Below are positions 1 to 13,966 of a stretch of 64,000 nt of DNA, one piece after another. Each line of letters starts with the position of its first letter. Position 1 is the first letter of the stretch. Both the position numbers and the translations under genes were made by a program. The notes under the pieces are model-generated. The model did no database searches. It had not been told where the DNA came from and saw only the letters and a program-made list of their open reading frames with translations. Origin of the DNA: Octopus vulgaris (Eukaryota); NCBI GenBank assembly GCA_951406725.2, contig OX597825.1:60388001-60452000 (forward strand). The letters run 5' to 3'.

Positions 1-1288
1 CGGATTTAGTAGAAACTTAACCGCGTAATAAAATGTGGACAATACCGAAATACGCCAATTTGATAGAATTTTAAAGCTAGATATCTGAGCAGACAATATA
101 CATCCGACATACTTCCTGTGTGTAGGAAGAATATTGTCTACTCAGCTTTTTTTGTATATTGTCTACACACACATATTGTATATGTGTATATACAAGTATA
201 TTGTCTACACACACACGCATATATATATATGTACGTGCGTATGTATGTGTGTCAGTGTCGCTGTATTTGTGTATGTATGTAAGTATGCATTTATTTAAGA
301 AACATTTTAGTATAGAAAAATAAATAAAACAAGGTCTGAACTACTGGGGAAGGATCGATCTCCTGAACTGCTTTTCATAACCAAATATCAACACCCCAAT
401 GATCACATTAAAAACTATCACTTCTCTGTCTCCCAATTAAGTGTTAGAGACGATTGCCTATTTTAAAAGACGATGTATCATAAAAGATAGCGTCCTAGCT
501 TCGATTCTCATAATGAGACGAGACGAACGATCGTATTGATATCATGCTCCATTCCATTTCATAAGCGGAATAAATACTTAGACATTTATGAATACCCCAT
601 TTTTTCTGCAAGTGCCAATTTACATACAGACACACACACACACAGACACAGACACACACACAGACACACACACAGACACACACACACACAGAGACTCACA
701 CACATACACACATACGCACAGGCACACATGTACAGTCTTTTTTTTGGCCAAACACTAAATTTAAGCAATCAGGGACGGGAAAACAACTATTATAAAAACA
801 ACTATTTTGAGATATACGTAATTCAATTAGGATTATCTATGTCTCCACCATACACTGCCATTTTAAACATATATGTAAATAAGAACGCTGATACAAATCA
901 GGGAAACTTAATGAACAACATCGCCATATATATATATTTCATTACACTTAGTCATACATAGATACAAAACAAATACACACAAATATGTGTGTGCATATAT
1001 GTGTGTATATATATATATATGTGTGTGTGTGTTTGTGTGCGTGTAGATATAGGTTTGGGTGTGCGTGTGCATGTGTCTACGGGTGAATTTCTATGTGAGT
1101 AGTTTTCTCTGCGTGTGCGAGTGTTGATGAATAAAAATATATATTAAGAAGCCTAGAATATTATACACGTGTATGTCTGTATGTAATAAAATGCCATACC
1201 AATAGATACATATAAATAGCTATCTAACTAGTTGTATGTATATATACATAAATATGCATATATATATTATGTATATATATATTTATAT

Positions 1289-1321
<33 letters not shown>

Positions 1322-2102
1322 CACATATATGTATATATATTATATATGTGTGTATGTGTGTATGAGTGCATGTATGTGTGTATTAGTGTGTGTTTGTGTG
1401 TGCGTTTGTGAGAGTGTGTGTATGTAAACACAAATGCGTGTTCGTTTTTTTGTGATTATGTGTATTTTTGAGCGTAAAACATTTCTGTATTTTATACTTA
1501 ATTTGAAATGATGTTTTATTATTACTAGCAATAATTCAATGAACAACTTAGAGTGCGGCAGACCATGAGAAAATCTTATATTAATTATGTATAATCATAT
1601 TTCCAAACTGATTGTGTTATGGCATAATATTCCACTGTATCAGATATAGAATGTCTTTTTTTTTCTTTGTATAGACGACTTCCTGATATATACGTACGTG
1701 CACACACACACACGCACACGCACGCACACACACATATATATATATATATACATATATTTCCACACCAACTCCTCCATACATATATAAACATATGAGCATA
1801 TATATACATATATAGATACATATATATGTACACATAAATATATAATATATATATATATATATGTATATATACACATATATAGATACATATAGATACATAC
1901 ATACATATATATATATACATATATATACACATATATATGCATATATGTATGTATATATGCATATATGTGTATATATGTATATGTATACACACAGACATAT
2001 ATATATGTGTATATATAAATATATATACAAACACATATATATAAATGTACATATATATATACATATTTGTATATATGCATATATGTTAGCCACACATACA
2101 TT

Positions 2103-2150
<48 letters not shown>

Positions 2151-2629
2151 TATTCATACACCCATATATATTTACATAAATACATGTGTGTGTGTGTGTG
2201 TGTCTGTATAAGTACATGCGAATATCTGTACATGTGTGTGTATACGGATATGAAACTTTTTTATCGCATCGTAATTTTTTTTAACTTGCTGCTAAATAAC
2301 TCTTGCATATTTAGGATTTTTACTGTATGTTTTTTGGCGGGTCGTCCACATAGGTGATAGTGAGACGTGTCAGGCAAAAACAATGATGCGATATTGAACC
2401 AGATGTACTCTTTTATCGACTACATACGCTCACACAGACTCAGAGAGACATCCATAAACACACATATAAACATATATATATTAAGTTTTTTGATAAATTT
2501 TCATTTGTTTGACGCTGTTCGTTCATGATCGTTTCTCTTTTTGTATGCAGCTATCGTTCTTCAACTGTGATTCTTTAGCAATGTCAAATATCTGGTTGAT
2601 GTGTGCGCGATCACGGTTATATATAAATA

Positions 2630-2681
<52 letters not shown>

Positions 2682-2711
2682 CAAAATAAGCAACAGGATA
2701 TCAAGTAGTGA

Positions 2712-2797
2712 TGCAGTACGATCGTTTCAAGCGTTTCCATTTAATTGAACAATGCAATCATTACATCAATTTAAATGCAGTGCTATCTTCAGCTGCA
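2712..2797 (-). ncRNA. Type I hammerhead ribozyme motif with extended stem II (PLE 3' tail relic)
   Basis: Minus strand reads tgcag-CTGAAGA-tagc...long stem II...gctt-GAAA-cgatcg-TA-ctgca. Stem I is a perfect 5 bp, the core is intact and stem III is palindromic. Lies ~35 bp from a (TA)n tract. Confidence 0.8.
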
Positions 2798-3545
2798 CAC
2801 ATAAATAAATAGAATTTTAACCAATCGGACATATTAATATAAATGTTCTTAAATACTTTAACAGAGCAAGTAGATGGAAGAAATTCATGTCGTCGTTATT
2901 GTAGATAAGAATAAACTACACTTCCAAGAATCGCATGAAGCCCATTGGAGTCATAGAAATGAATGAGTTCTCCCCTTGAGAAAAATAAAAAAAGCAAAAG
3001 GATCAGCGTCATCCATATAAAATTGATTGTGGTACATTGGAATTTTCTAAAATTTCCTATAGAGTATACTTTTAATGTTTCTCATATGAACATATGCATA
3101 CAGTCACGTGTGTTTGGGCAGCCATACAATCATACATGTACAATACACGTACGTGCATGACTCATTGAGCACACATAGACATGAAGTAAAAATGAAACGC
3201 TTCACGCATAGCACGAGCCGAAATATAAGCCCCCCCCCAACCGTACCTACCCGTATGCAAAAATTCACTAAATGACATAACTGAAAATCTCAGCAGCTCT
3301 CTTGGTTGAAACAACTAAATTTAGTGAGTGTTTCTTTTTATCAAAGGAGGATTCCAGGCTTTCAAATTGGAGAATTTAAAGCATAAAGCTTAACAAAAAT
3401 ATTTCACCCACGTACACTCGCAGCATATATACGTATTCATACGCACATCTCTCTCTCTCTCTCTCTCTCTATCTCTCCCTTTCTTTCTGTGTCTCTGTTT
3501 CTCTCTTTCTCTCACTGCCTCTTTCTCTCTCTCTCTCTCTCCCTC

Positions 3546-3549
<4 letters not shown>

Positions 3550-3587
<38 letters not shown>

Positions 3588-3609
3588 TAGATAGATAGAT
3601 AGATAGATT

Positions 3610-3705
<96 letters not shown>
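3550..3705. repeat. (TA)n + (TAGA)n microsatellite
   Basis: Directly visible tandem repeats. Confidence 0.95.
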
Positions 3706-4395
3706 TAATGTTTATAATTGATATATACACATATTTTACATATTTTGGTTATGCTATTTTTGAAAATCTTAAATGTTAGATTTTATTTTTTTACAACATA
3801 AAAATATCGTTTATAAACAATCACCCATAGTGCCTCTAGATAAAATTTCCTCTGTATTAACATCATGATTTAAAGTCTTCCTCTACCCACCTTCTTTTTA
3901 TAGACACGTACTTTATATCCAATTGACGATTCCTAACGTCTTTCCTCCCTGAGGAAAAAAGGATACATATGAATATATTTATGACCATACCTAGCCATGA
4001 GCTGTCAACTCACTCTTGCTCTTTATTCAAAACAGACATAGTTTTCTAGTCTTAGAGTTAGTAGTTGATAAAGAAATAAATTAATTAGAAATGAATTAAA
4101 ATCCTTTACATGACTCCATTAAAAGTATACTCTATAGGAAATTTTAGAAAATTCCAATGTACCACAATCAATTTTATATGGATGACGCTGATCCTTTTGC
4201 TTTTTTTATTTTTCTCAAGGGGAGAACTCATTCATTTCTATAGTTTACCTCGGATAAAGTCACGAATAAATATCTATGAACTATATACAAGAGTTGATGA
4301 TAAAGCATTTTTGCTTTATAGACAATTCATATGTGTGCATCTTTCTGTCTGTCTGTCACTCTATCTACCAATCAATCTATCTATCTATCTATCTG

Positions 4396-4433
<38 letters not shown>

Positions 4434-4434
4434 A

Positions 4435-4472
<38 letters not shown>

Positions 4473-4615
4473 TTACGTATATATTTATCTGTCTATATAG
4501 CAAGCTAGCTATCAATCTCTCTATTTTCTGTCTATTGAACTACATATGTATATATATATAGGAATTTTTTGCGTAATGAGATAAAAAACCAAGGGTGTAT
4601 ATATACATGTGTATA

Positions 4616-4684
<69 letters not shown>

Positions 4685-5527
4685 TTATATATGTATATAT
4701 CATAGTGGTATGGACGTCGAAAAGAAAATCCATCTTCATTTGGTGTTTGAACTGTTCTTTGGATTAAGTGACACAAATTGAAATCCATCAGAATGTGCGT
4801 TATATAGAGATTTTTAAATTAGTAAACAAAGCATGTTTAAGAGTCTTTTGAAGATGTTACCTTGCTTCATAAATATTTTCGTCTATATTCAGTGTTATCG
4901 GCTATAGACTGAGGCGCATCGCATCAGTAATTCCAATGTAAATTAAAAAAGAATTCCTTCATTGTTATGAGAGTCACTAATCAATAAGATTTAGAAATGA
5001 TTTGATCTTTTCTCTGACTGCTCCTGCAAATTTAATTTGAGATTTTTATCTTTCCTTCGTTCAATCTTGGGGAACTCCACATAGATATATATATACACAC
5101 ATACATATGTGCATGCATGTATGTATGTATGTATGTATGTATGTATGTATGTATGTATGTATGTATGTATGTATGTATGTATGTATGTATGTATGTATGT
5201 ATGTATGTGTGTACGTATGCATGCATATATGTGTGTACGTATGTTTCTATGTGTGTACAAATATTTTTATGCATAGATACATATAACGTAATGTTTGTTG
5301 CCACTTCAATATGGTTGTTCTGTACGGAACAACGCCACTCTTTTTTAAACCCAGAACCCTTCCCCCAGCTGGTTAATGACAACCAGCTGGAGGGGGTGTC
5401 CTGCTTGGGGTAAAAAATGAGCAACAACGTTGTTCCGTACGGAACAACCATTTTGCTTTTCTGAAGAGTTATTACTGGTATTTCATTCAAAGATTTCAAA
5501 AATAGCTACTTTGCTTTTTTATCTATG

Positions 5528-5609
<82 letters not shown>

Positions 5610-5704
5610 TATATATGTATATATATGTGTGTATGTATATATATATGTATGTATATGTATGTATATATATTTTTTTTCCCGAATTTGTGCGAATGCCTAT
5701 AGAA

Positions 5705-7493
5705 TAAAATAATAGTTAAATAAGATTAAATCATGGTCTCGTTTCCACGTTTTTTTTTTATTACGGTGTTTTAGCATAAAAAAATATTTTGTAATGGTCA
5801 TAAAGTTCAAATAGCACTTTCATACGTTTTTGAGTAATCATCAAGATTTGAAGATGTATTTAACTGACTTATATACTAACATTCCACAGTGGGTCAAAAA
5901 CCACAGAAAAGTGCTCCCCATCCCCATTCCCGAAAACAATACATTCTTTTTCAGAGAAAAAAAAACTACCTCCAAATTCGAGACACAGTTATGGGGACAC
6001 ATTTTGCTCCACTTTTCGTGAACTCAGTATTGGGATAATAGGAACAAACATATAAAAAAAAATCGAAGAGAACTACATCATTACCTTTGAAAGATATATA
6101 GAGGACACATAAAAAAGATACTTCGATGGCTGTTTCCTAATTTGGACCAACTCCCTAGAAAATATGAAAGAATTGAACACCCCCCTCAAAAATCAACACC
6201 CTAGTCACAAATTCGCAAGAGAAATGAGCAACACACAATAACTATTTCTTGACATAATAGTAACTAAAAACAATACCACAATCACAACTGATTTTTATTA
6301 CAAAAGCACAGATACACACCAGTACCTAAATTTCTAATCATGCAACTCAACAGACAAAAAACGCAACATCCCGTACTTCTAGCCATAAAAATTTATACTA
6401 TAATAGATGATCCAAATACAAAAAACACACCACTTATAAAACCCAAAGGATTTCTGCTCAAGCAAAATTACCCTCTCCTACTTATAGAAAATAGCATACA
6501 ACGAGCAAAAGAAATACCTATAGAAGAACTTAAGGTAATACGAAAAAGAGGAACCGATCAACGGAACACAATACAATTTCTAGAGACACACAATCCGCAT
6601 CACTAAAACATTTTTAACATCATCGAAACAGATTTGCCAATCATAGAAGAAAGCGAAAAATAAAAAAAAAAAACCTAACTACTCAAACATTTATCTTAAG
6701 CAAAAGGCAACCACATAACTTAAAGAAACTATTAACAAAGGCAAAATTTAACATGAACTAACAGGATAAAACATTCATTCCCAGTATCCAAATGTAAAGA
6801 TAACAGATGTGGAACGTGTCAATATATGCATATTGGTAGATACATTAGAACAAAAAATGGACAGATTTTCGCAAATGCAGATATGAACTGCAAAAGCAGA
6901 AATTTGATCTACTGTATTAAATGCCCGAATTTCAAGGAATTATATATGGGCGAAACCGGGAATGCATTATCGGAACGATCAGAAGTCCACAGACAACAAA
7001 TCTGAAACACCAATGTTCGCCATATTTTATGGAGCGAATATATATAGAAACATATGGTCAGAAGATGTTTCTAATTTTTCGTTTCCGCAAACAACATGAC
7101 ACAAGTGATTTTAGAAGAAAGATAAAAGAAAACGGTTGATTAATATGTTCAAACTTGTTCTGAACGGGAATAACACCAATAATGTAACACCCAGTTAATG
7201 ATGTGGATTAAAAATGTATCTTTAACATATGAATATAACCAAATTAGAGAATATCGGTACGTCCGCCAAACCATGATGTTTAAGGTGAATGCAGATTGGT
7301 CGAAAACGTATTCCAAAAATTCAGCTCGTTGGAGCGTTCTAAGAAGTACTACAGTAGTCAAGATGTCAAGCTCTCAGTTAAATACCTTTTGAAATCTGAC
7401 GATTATACGGACGTATGAAACAATGCTACAAAATACTTTTTAATGTTTAAATAGCATAATAAAAAACGTAGACAATGTTTGGACCTTATTGAA

Positions 7494-7495
<2 letters not shown>
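5705..7495 (+). mobile_element. Decayed 5'-truncated Penelope-like element (Neptune-type RT + GIY-YIG) with an inverted copy of its 3' tail at the 5' end
   Basis: Fragmented translation gives DLYTNIP, an FLDI-like motif, YYKSTDTHQYLNF, the CKDNRCGTC linker and MNCKSRNLIYCIKC...YMGETG (GIY-YIG), with many stops and frameshifts. 5705-5852 is a diverged inverted copy of ~7388-7495. Confidence 0.85.
5806..5852 (-). ncRNA. Degenerate hammerhead motif in inverted PLE tail
   Basis: ttcaaa-t-cTTGATGA-ttac...gtat-GAAA-gtgc-TA-tttgaa. The plus-strand counterpart CTGACGA...gtatGAAAC lies at ~7396-7428. Confidence 0.5.
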
Positions 7496-7530
<35 letters not shown>

Positions 7531-7829
7531 TTAAATTTATACCAGTCCCACATTGACGCAAGTTGCTACATAGACAAAGTTAAATATTTCCATATGCACG
7601 GATTGCTATAATGATCATTTAAACGCGTACAGGGTTTGACTCTTATTAATGAAATAACTTGTCTGTGTACAAGGCTGCAGTTCAATGGATGAAAATTGTG
7701 AAATAACATAACACACAGGCACACATGTACAAACACACAAACACATATATATACACACACAAATAAGGCATGCATATATGTGTAACGTATCTGTGTAAGT
7801 ATATATATGGCATTTTTATAAGTATATAT

Positions 7830-7874
<45 letters not shown>

Positions 7875-7895
7875 CATATTTATAGGTATATATGA

Positions 7896-7979
<84 letters not shown>

Positions 7980-8868
7980 GTATATATACATATATTAGAC
8001 TGTGTTTTTCAGAGAGAAAGAGTATCATGATTTCAGGCTAAACCATAAACGTACTTTTAATATTTATCGATGGCAAACCTGCTACAGACACATACACACA
8101 CGCATACGCACACACACATGCACACACACAATCACACACAAACACACATACACTCACACCTGCACACACATGAAGGCATATACGCATCCATAAATACACA
8201 GGCGTACACGTATACACACAAATAATGTTTCATTAATCGTTCGCTATTCCCATACTGTCCTTTCATTTCGTATCATTACCAGAATCGATATATATATATA
8301 TATATATACGCGGTGGTGGGGGATAAAACAGTAACTTGTTTTCAGCTATGATAAACATAAGAATAAATAAATGAATAAATGAATGCAAACGTAAAGAAGT
8401 GACAAGCAAGCATTAAATCATAAGAGCAAAATCAAGAATAAAATATTTTCCTTCACCTATTTGCTAATTGCTTTGCATTTTCGTAATAAGCTATGGCGAA
8501 GGAAGTCATATCAAGTAGATGTGACGCCTATATTTCTTTTCCTGACGTATGCATTTGTGTGTAATGATAATAATATTATGTTGTGTTATTTTTATAGGCT
8601 GCTTGGAATAGTTGTTATTTTGGTTCTAGTTGTTGTTACAGTTGTTGTTCCCACTTGATTTTTGTTTTTCATTCCGTTTGCTTTTTGTTTATACTTTATC
8701 TTATGATGTGTGTATATTCGTGTGTGCCTCTATTTGTGTTTGTGTCTGTTAGTGTGCGTGGGATTTGGGCATTAATAAGACGTTAAAAAAACATCAAAGC
8801 TTCAAATGGGTTGAAATGCATCTTTTATTATATATTTTTATATACATTATATATCGATATATATATAC

Positions 8869-8949
<81 letters not shown>

Positions 8950-9422
8950 ACGCCATTAAGCACTGTACTATTAACAGGATCTAAGACAGAATTTCAATAA
9001 CTAGAACGATTATAACCGTTCAGAATGAAAGAAAAATGCAATCACAACAAAAACCTAACAAAAAAGAGATAAGTAGTAAAAATAATTCCTAATATACAAT
9101 AGCATTGACAACAAAAATAACAATGTTCAAAACAGAAGTAGTTAATATAAGTGAAACTTGAAAAGAAAAAAAAAGCTAAAGTATTAAGTTGAAACAATGA
9201 AACAATGTTGATAGGGGGCTATTTTAGCGTCGCAATTTATTTTACAAAGATAATGTTCTCACGAAGTATATGTTCTATACTTCAATGGAGAGCAATCTGT
9301 GTCTTTTGATTTATCTTGGAAATTACTTCGTTTGGTGGAACTACAAAGACACACTGTTTTATATGTATTACACATCTCAACATTTATCTAAGTATATCTG
9401 TATGTATCCATCTCAATTTCAC

Positions 9423-9460
<38 letters not shown>

Positions 9461-9461
9461 C

Positions 9462-9525
<64 letters not shown>

Positions 9526-9581
9526 TATACATACATATATACACATACGCGTCCATACATATTTATACGTATATAAATATG

Positions 9582-9620
<39 letters not shown>

Positions 9621-9634
9621 ACACACATACACAC

Positions 9635-9691
<57 letters not shown>

Positions 9692-9950
9692 TATAAACAC
9701 ACATACACATATACGCGCGTGGACACACAATTACGCACACATACGCCATACGCATACGTTATTTATATATTTTTAATTGTCAGAAGTAACAAACTGATCC
9801 AAGGGCCGAGTGCTTCGTGCTTACCTCATTCCAAACTTAACTAACTCGGACTAGTGCTATGAATGTAACTCTATCTATGAGTCGTTATTTATACATGCTA
9901 GGCCACTAGTGGTGATATTTCTAACGAATATTCGCTACCCTATATATATA

Positions 9951-10024
<74 letters not shown>

Positions 10025-11589
10025 CGTATGTAAATGTAAGATCCGAGGGTCAAGGGGTAGGAAGAGTAGTCTGTAGAAGGAATACAAATAACTTTCAGGA
10101 ACAATGGTGGTTTATTGAGGTAGAAAGTTGTGCATTTTTCTCGTATCTTTGGTCCGACAAGTAGCTAGCAGATTGTCCCTCGTTTGGATAATTATTACTT
10201 CCGAGGATCTGCTAGCTATAAATCATATGTAGCCTGGAGTTTTATCTAACCCCGCCTCATTCTATAATTTTGGTTATGTCTGTGTGTGTATACACATACG
10301 TATACTTACACCTTCCTAAAGCAAGTATAAGAATTAGTTGAACGAATATCATTATTACTGAAATATATCTTACTTTAGCGTATCTGCAAATAATTTTGTA
10401 CTTAAGAAAGAGTATGTTCCTTTAAATACACTGGTTATTAATTCTCTAAAAATAAAAACAAAGGAAAAAACAAATCACAATTGCATTTAAAGTGTAGAGA
10501 TCTAAAAAAATGTTTGTCACTTGATGGAACTAATTCGGAACTCCACCTTTTTATATTTTGTTTGGATCATTTAAGTTAGGATCTATCATAATTATATTTA
10601 TAAAAATAGATTTTGTGATACAGCATTTTGTTTTCAGCGCTGCGTTAGATGACAGTTAACTTTAAACCGGCTTGCTAATATAGAAAAAAATTCCCCCATC
10701 TCCAAACTACAGCAACGAGAATGTGAAGATCAAAATGATGTTGATTATATTCACGATATCGAAAGATTGCTATCCTAAAAAAAAACAAAGGAAAAAAGAA
10801 AGCCACTTATTGAAATGTGTTTTCTTTTTGCATGACACTATTGCCCAAGGTTCCTGTGGTCTTTTCCGTAGGCTTTTCTATCCACGGACAAACCTAATCT
10901 GTTTTCCCTTTTTACATTGACATTTCTGTGATACACGATCCCTATTGATCGTCCCCGCCTTTTTATTTTTCATGATCCCTTTTGATCGGAATTCGACCCC
11001 CGTTTTTTCTTCTCTTCTTCCCCAAAAGAAAAACTCTACATTGTATTTTGTCCCTTCTGTGTTCAGCCCTGCGTGGCCAATAAAGAAATCTATCCTGCAT
11101 AATAAAGTTTGTCGGATTTAATTTCAAAGAAATGCAAACTGCTATTTCTAACACAATCAGTGTTCAAACAAGTAGAGATTCTTTCGTTATCTTGCAATTG
11201 TTAAAATACTACTGTTGTTCTTCATGATGATCATAACGATGGTGTGTGTGTTTGCTGGTGTTCGTGTTGACGTTGACAGCGATGGTATTGTATAAACTGT
11301 TCTTCAAATCATTCTAGAATAATAACCAACGGCACAATGGATTAACTGTTATTTACTTCCCTATTGAGACCGTCTCTGTTTTGGCTGTGAGCAAACACAG
11401 CCCAATTTCACATAAAAGTTGTATTAATTGCCAATAAGAACATTTAACATTTCTAGTATCAGCGTCGTTTTAGCCCCTTATATGCTTTTTTTTTATTCAC
11501 CAGAGGCGAAATCGTTTTAGAATACAATAAATATATACATGTGTGGAATTATGTAAATTTATGTGTGTATATATGTGTGCACATCTGTC

Positions 11590-11995
<406 letters not shown>

Positions 11996-12389
11996 TGTAA
12001 TGTAGGATAAATATATTAATAATAACAATGTTCCTTGGGGGGAATTTATAAGCATTCACTCCATTGCTATGCGCGTTTCCAATTGTCGCATGTCTCTTAA
12101 GATCGTAGTCCGTATTCCTGGGATAATTACAGTGTAGTTCCTAGTATCCGTGGGCATCGGGTAGATCATCTTCATGGATTAATTTCTTCAGGCGATATAA
12201 TATTAATGAATGTTTGACACAAGGTTGTTTATCCTTTTAAACCAGTTCGGTTGGTTGGTCGAATGTAGTTTATAAGTGCGTTGTAATAACTGATTAAAAC
12301 ACCTTTCTTCATATAGACTGAAGCTGCTGTATATTTAAGTTCAGATTACGTAACCATCTTTCTTCCTTTGAACATTTCAATAAAGGTAG

Positions 12390-12580
12390 TGTTACATATT
12401 TGATGGAAAATGTATGGCAACTAAGGGATAAAGAAGTTCGACTTGAAATTCCCTGGCATATCATTAGAGAAGCATCGTCTTATTTAAATAGCAGTACGGC
12501 TGTATCCTTTGTTTTGCAGAATTGTATGAGACATCAAAATATTCAATTAAATTGTTTAATAAATCACAAGATATGAAACT
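12390..12580 (+). pseudogene. Relic of PLE GIY-YIG C-terminus, similar to the large element at 40731-41057
   Basis: Translates as VWQLRDKEVRLEIPWHIIREASSYLN...LCFAELYE...LFNKSQ, compared with HIWYLKRNSIPFKTKWKLLQKARSY...CDLCISESLE...LLNKFSE in the large element. Confidence 0.65.
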
Positions 12581-12650
12581 AAAATCCTTACATAATATTA
12601 GGCGTACTTTTCACTAACCCAAACCTGTAAATTAATATTTGATATTAATC

Positions 12651-12862
12651 TCTTTATTGCCTACAAGTGGCTAAACATAGAGGGGACAAACAAAGGGATT
12701 AAGTCGATTACATCGACTCCAGTGCGTAACTAGTACTTATTTAATTGACCCCGAAAGGATGAAAGGCCAAGTCAACGTCGGCGGAATTTGAACTCAGAAC
12801 GAAAAGACAGACGAAATACCGTTAATCATTTCGCCCGTCGTGATAACGATTCTGTCAGCTCA
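12651..12862 (-). mobile_element. tRNA-derived SINE, family A
   Basis: Reverse complement has gagctgacagaatcgttatc...gagttcaaattccgccg (B box)...cctttcatcctttcggggtc. Homologous to copies at 33775, 49338 and 60847. Confidence 0.85.
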
Positions 12863-12914
12863 CATGAATATTACCGCATAAATACATCTTTTGATCAACA
12901 ATTCCTTAATTCAG

Positions 12915-13155
12915 TTCTATATTTAAAAGATGAGGAATTATGTACATTATTTACATTATTTACAATTGATAGATATTTCTCCTCCTCTTGTTTGTTGTTA
13001 ATACAACGTTTCAGCTGATATACGCTCCAGCCTTCTTCAGTTGTCTTGGGGGAAATTTCGACCCTGGGTTCTCATTCCTAAGGTATTTTGCGGTGTTATT
13101 ATTATCATTATTATTTTTATTATCATTATTATTATTATTATCATTATTATTATTA

Positions 13156-13222
<67 letters not shown>

Positions 13223-13293
13223 CAGTGTTCAGGTTACTGCTTGGAATCAACCTCGGAATCTTGGGGTTAGCAGCCCGCGCTCTTCACCACTAC
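12915..13293 (-). mobile_element. SINE-like element: tRNA-like head + (AAT)n + PLE-like tail with minimal HHR (copy 1)
   Basis: Minus strand: gtagtggtgaagagcgcgggctgctaaccccaagattccgaggttgattcc (A/B boxes), then (AAT)n, then gacaa-CTGAAGA-aggctg...cagct-GAAACGTT-gtatt at 13000-13045. Confidence 0.7.
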
Positions 13294-13365
13294 CCCAAGA
13301 TTCCGAGTTCGATTCAAACGAGTGACAAGAACACTAACAATAACAACAACAACAACAACAACAAC

Positions 13366-13409
<44 letters not shown>

Positions 13410-13590
13410 TTATAATAACATCGAAAAATACCTTAGGAATGAGAACCCAAGCTCGAAATTTCCCCAAGACACCTGAAGAAGCCTGGAGGGTATATCAGCC
13501 GAAACGTTGTGCTAACAACAATCAAGATGAGAACAAATATCCGTCTGATGTAAATAATGTAAATAATATAAATAATGTAAATTCCTCAAT
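13292..13590 (+). mobile_element. SINE-like element with HHR tail (copy 2, 5'-truncated, inverted relative to copy 1)
   Basis: ccccaagattccgagttcgattc (B box), then (AAC/AAT)n, then the same ~150-bp tail with an HHR motif. Confidence 0.7.
13468..13513 (+). ncRNA. Minimal type I hammerhead motif
   Basis: gacac-CTGAAGA-a-gcctg gagggtatat cagcc-GAAACGTT-gtgct. The palindrome AACGTT replaces stem III. Confidence 0.7.
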
Positions 13591-13918
13591 TCGTTATATA
13601 GTCATCGTTGTCATTGTGATTATGAGTAATATAATTACATATATTATGTATGACGCCGATCATGAAGTTCCTCTTCTCTTATTTTCTCCCATTCGTATAT
13701 CTATTGTATCCTGATTTTAGATTTGCCTTTATATTCAACATGTCATTTTATATTAACATTTTCATTATCTATTATATTCACACCTATTATGTTGTAGGCT
13801 TTGGTTAAGAACCTACTAATTATGCTTTTATCATATCAGTTTGCTTATATGCTTATATGCATGGGTATATGCTTGTATATGTGTATGTGCGTGTGTATGT
13901 ATATAAATATGTATGTGT

Positions 13919-13966
<48 letters not shown>

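Noticed and set aside
495-2357. Numerous YI/CV/HT-rich ORFs here and throughout the window
   Set aside because: Dinucleotide and tetranucleotide microsatellites lack stop codons in several frames. No protein signal.
13222-13335. Genuine tRNA-Ser(GCU) gene
   Set aside because: No acceptor stem or long variable arm. It is a truncated SINE-like head.
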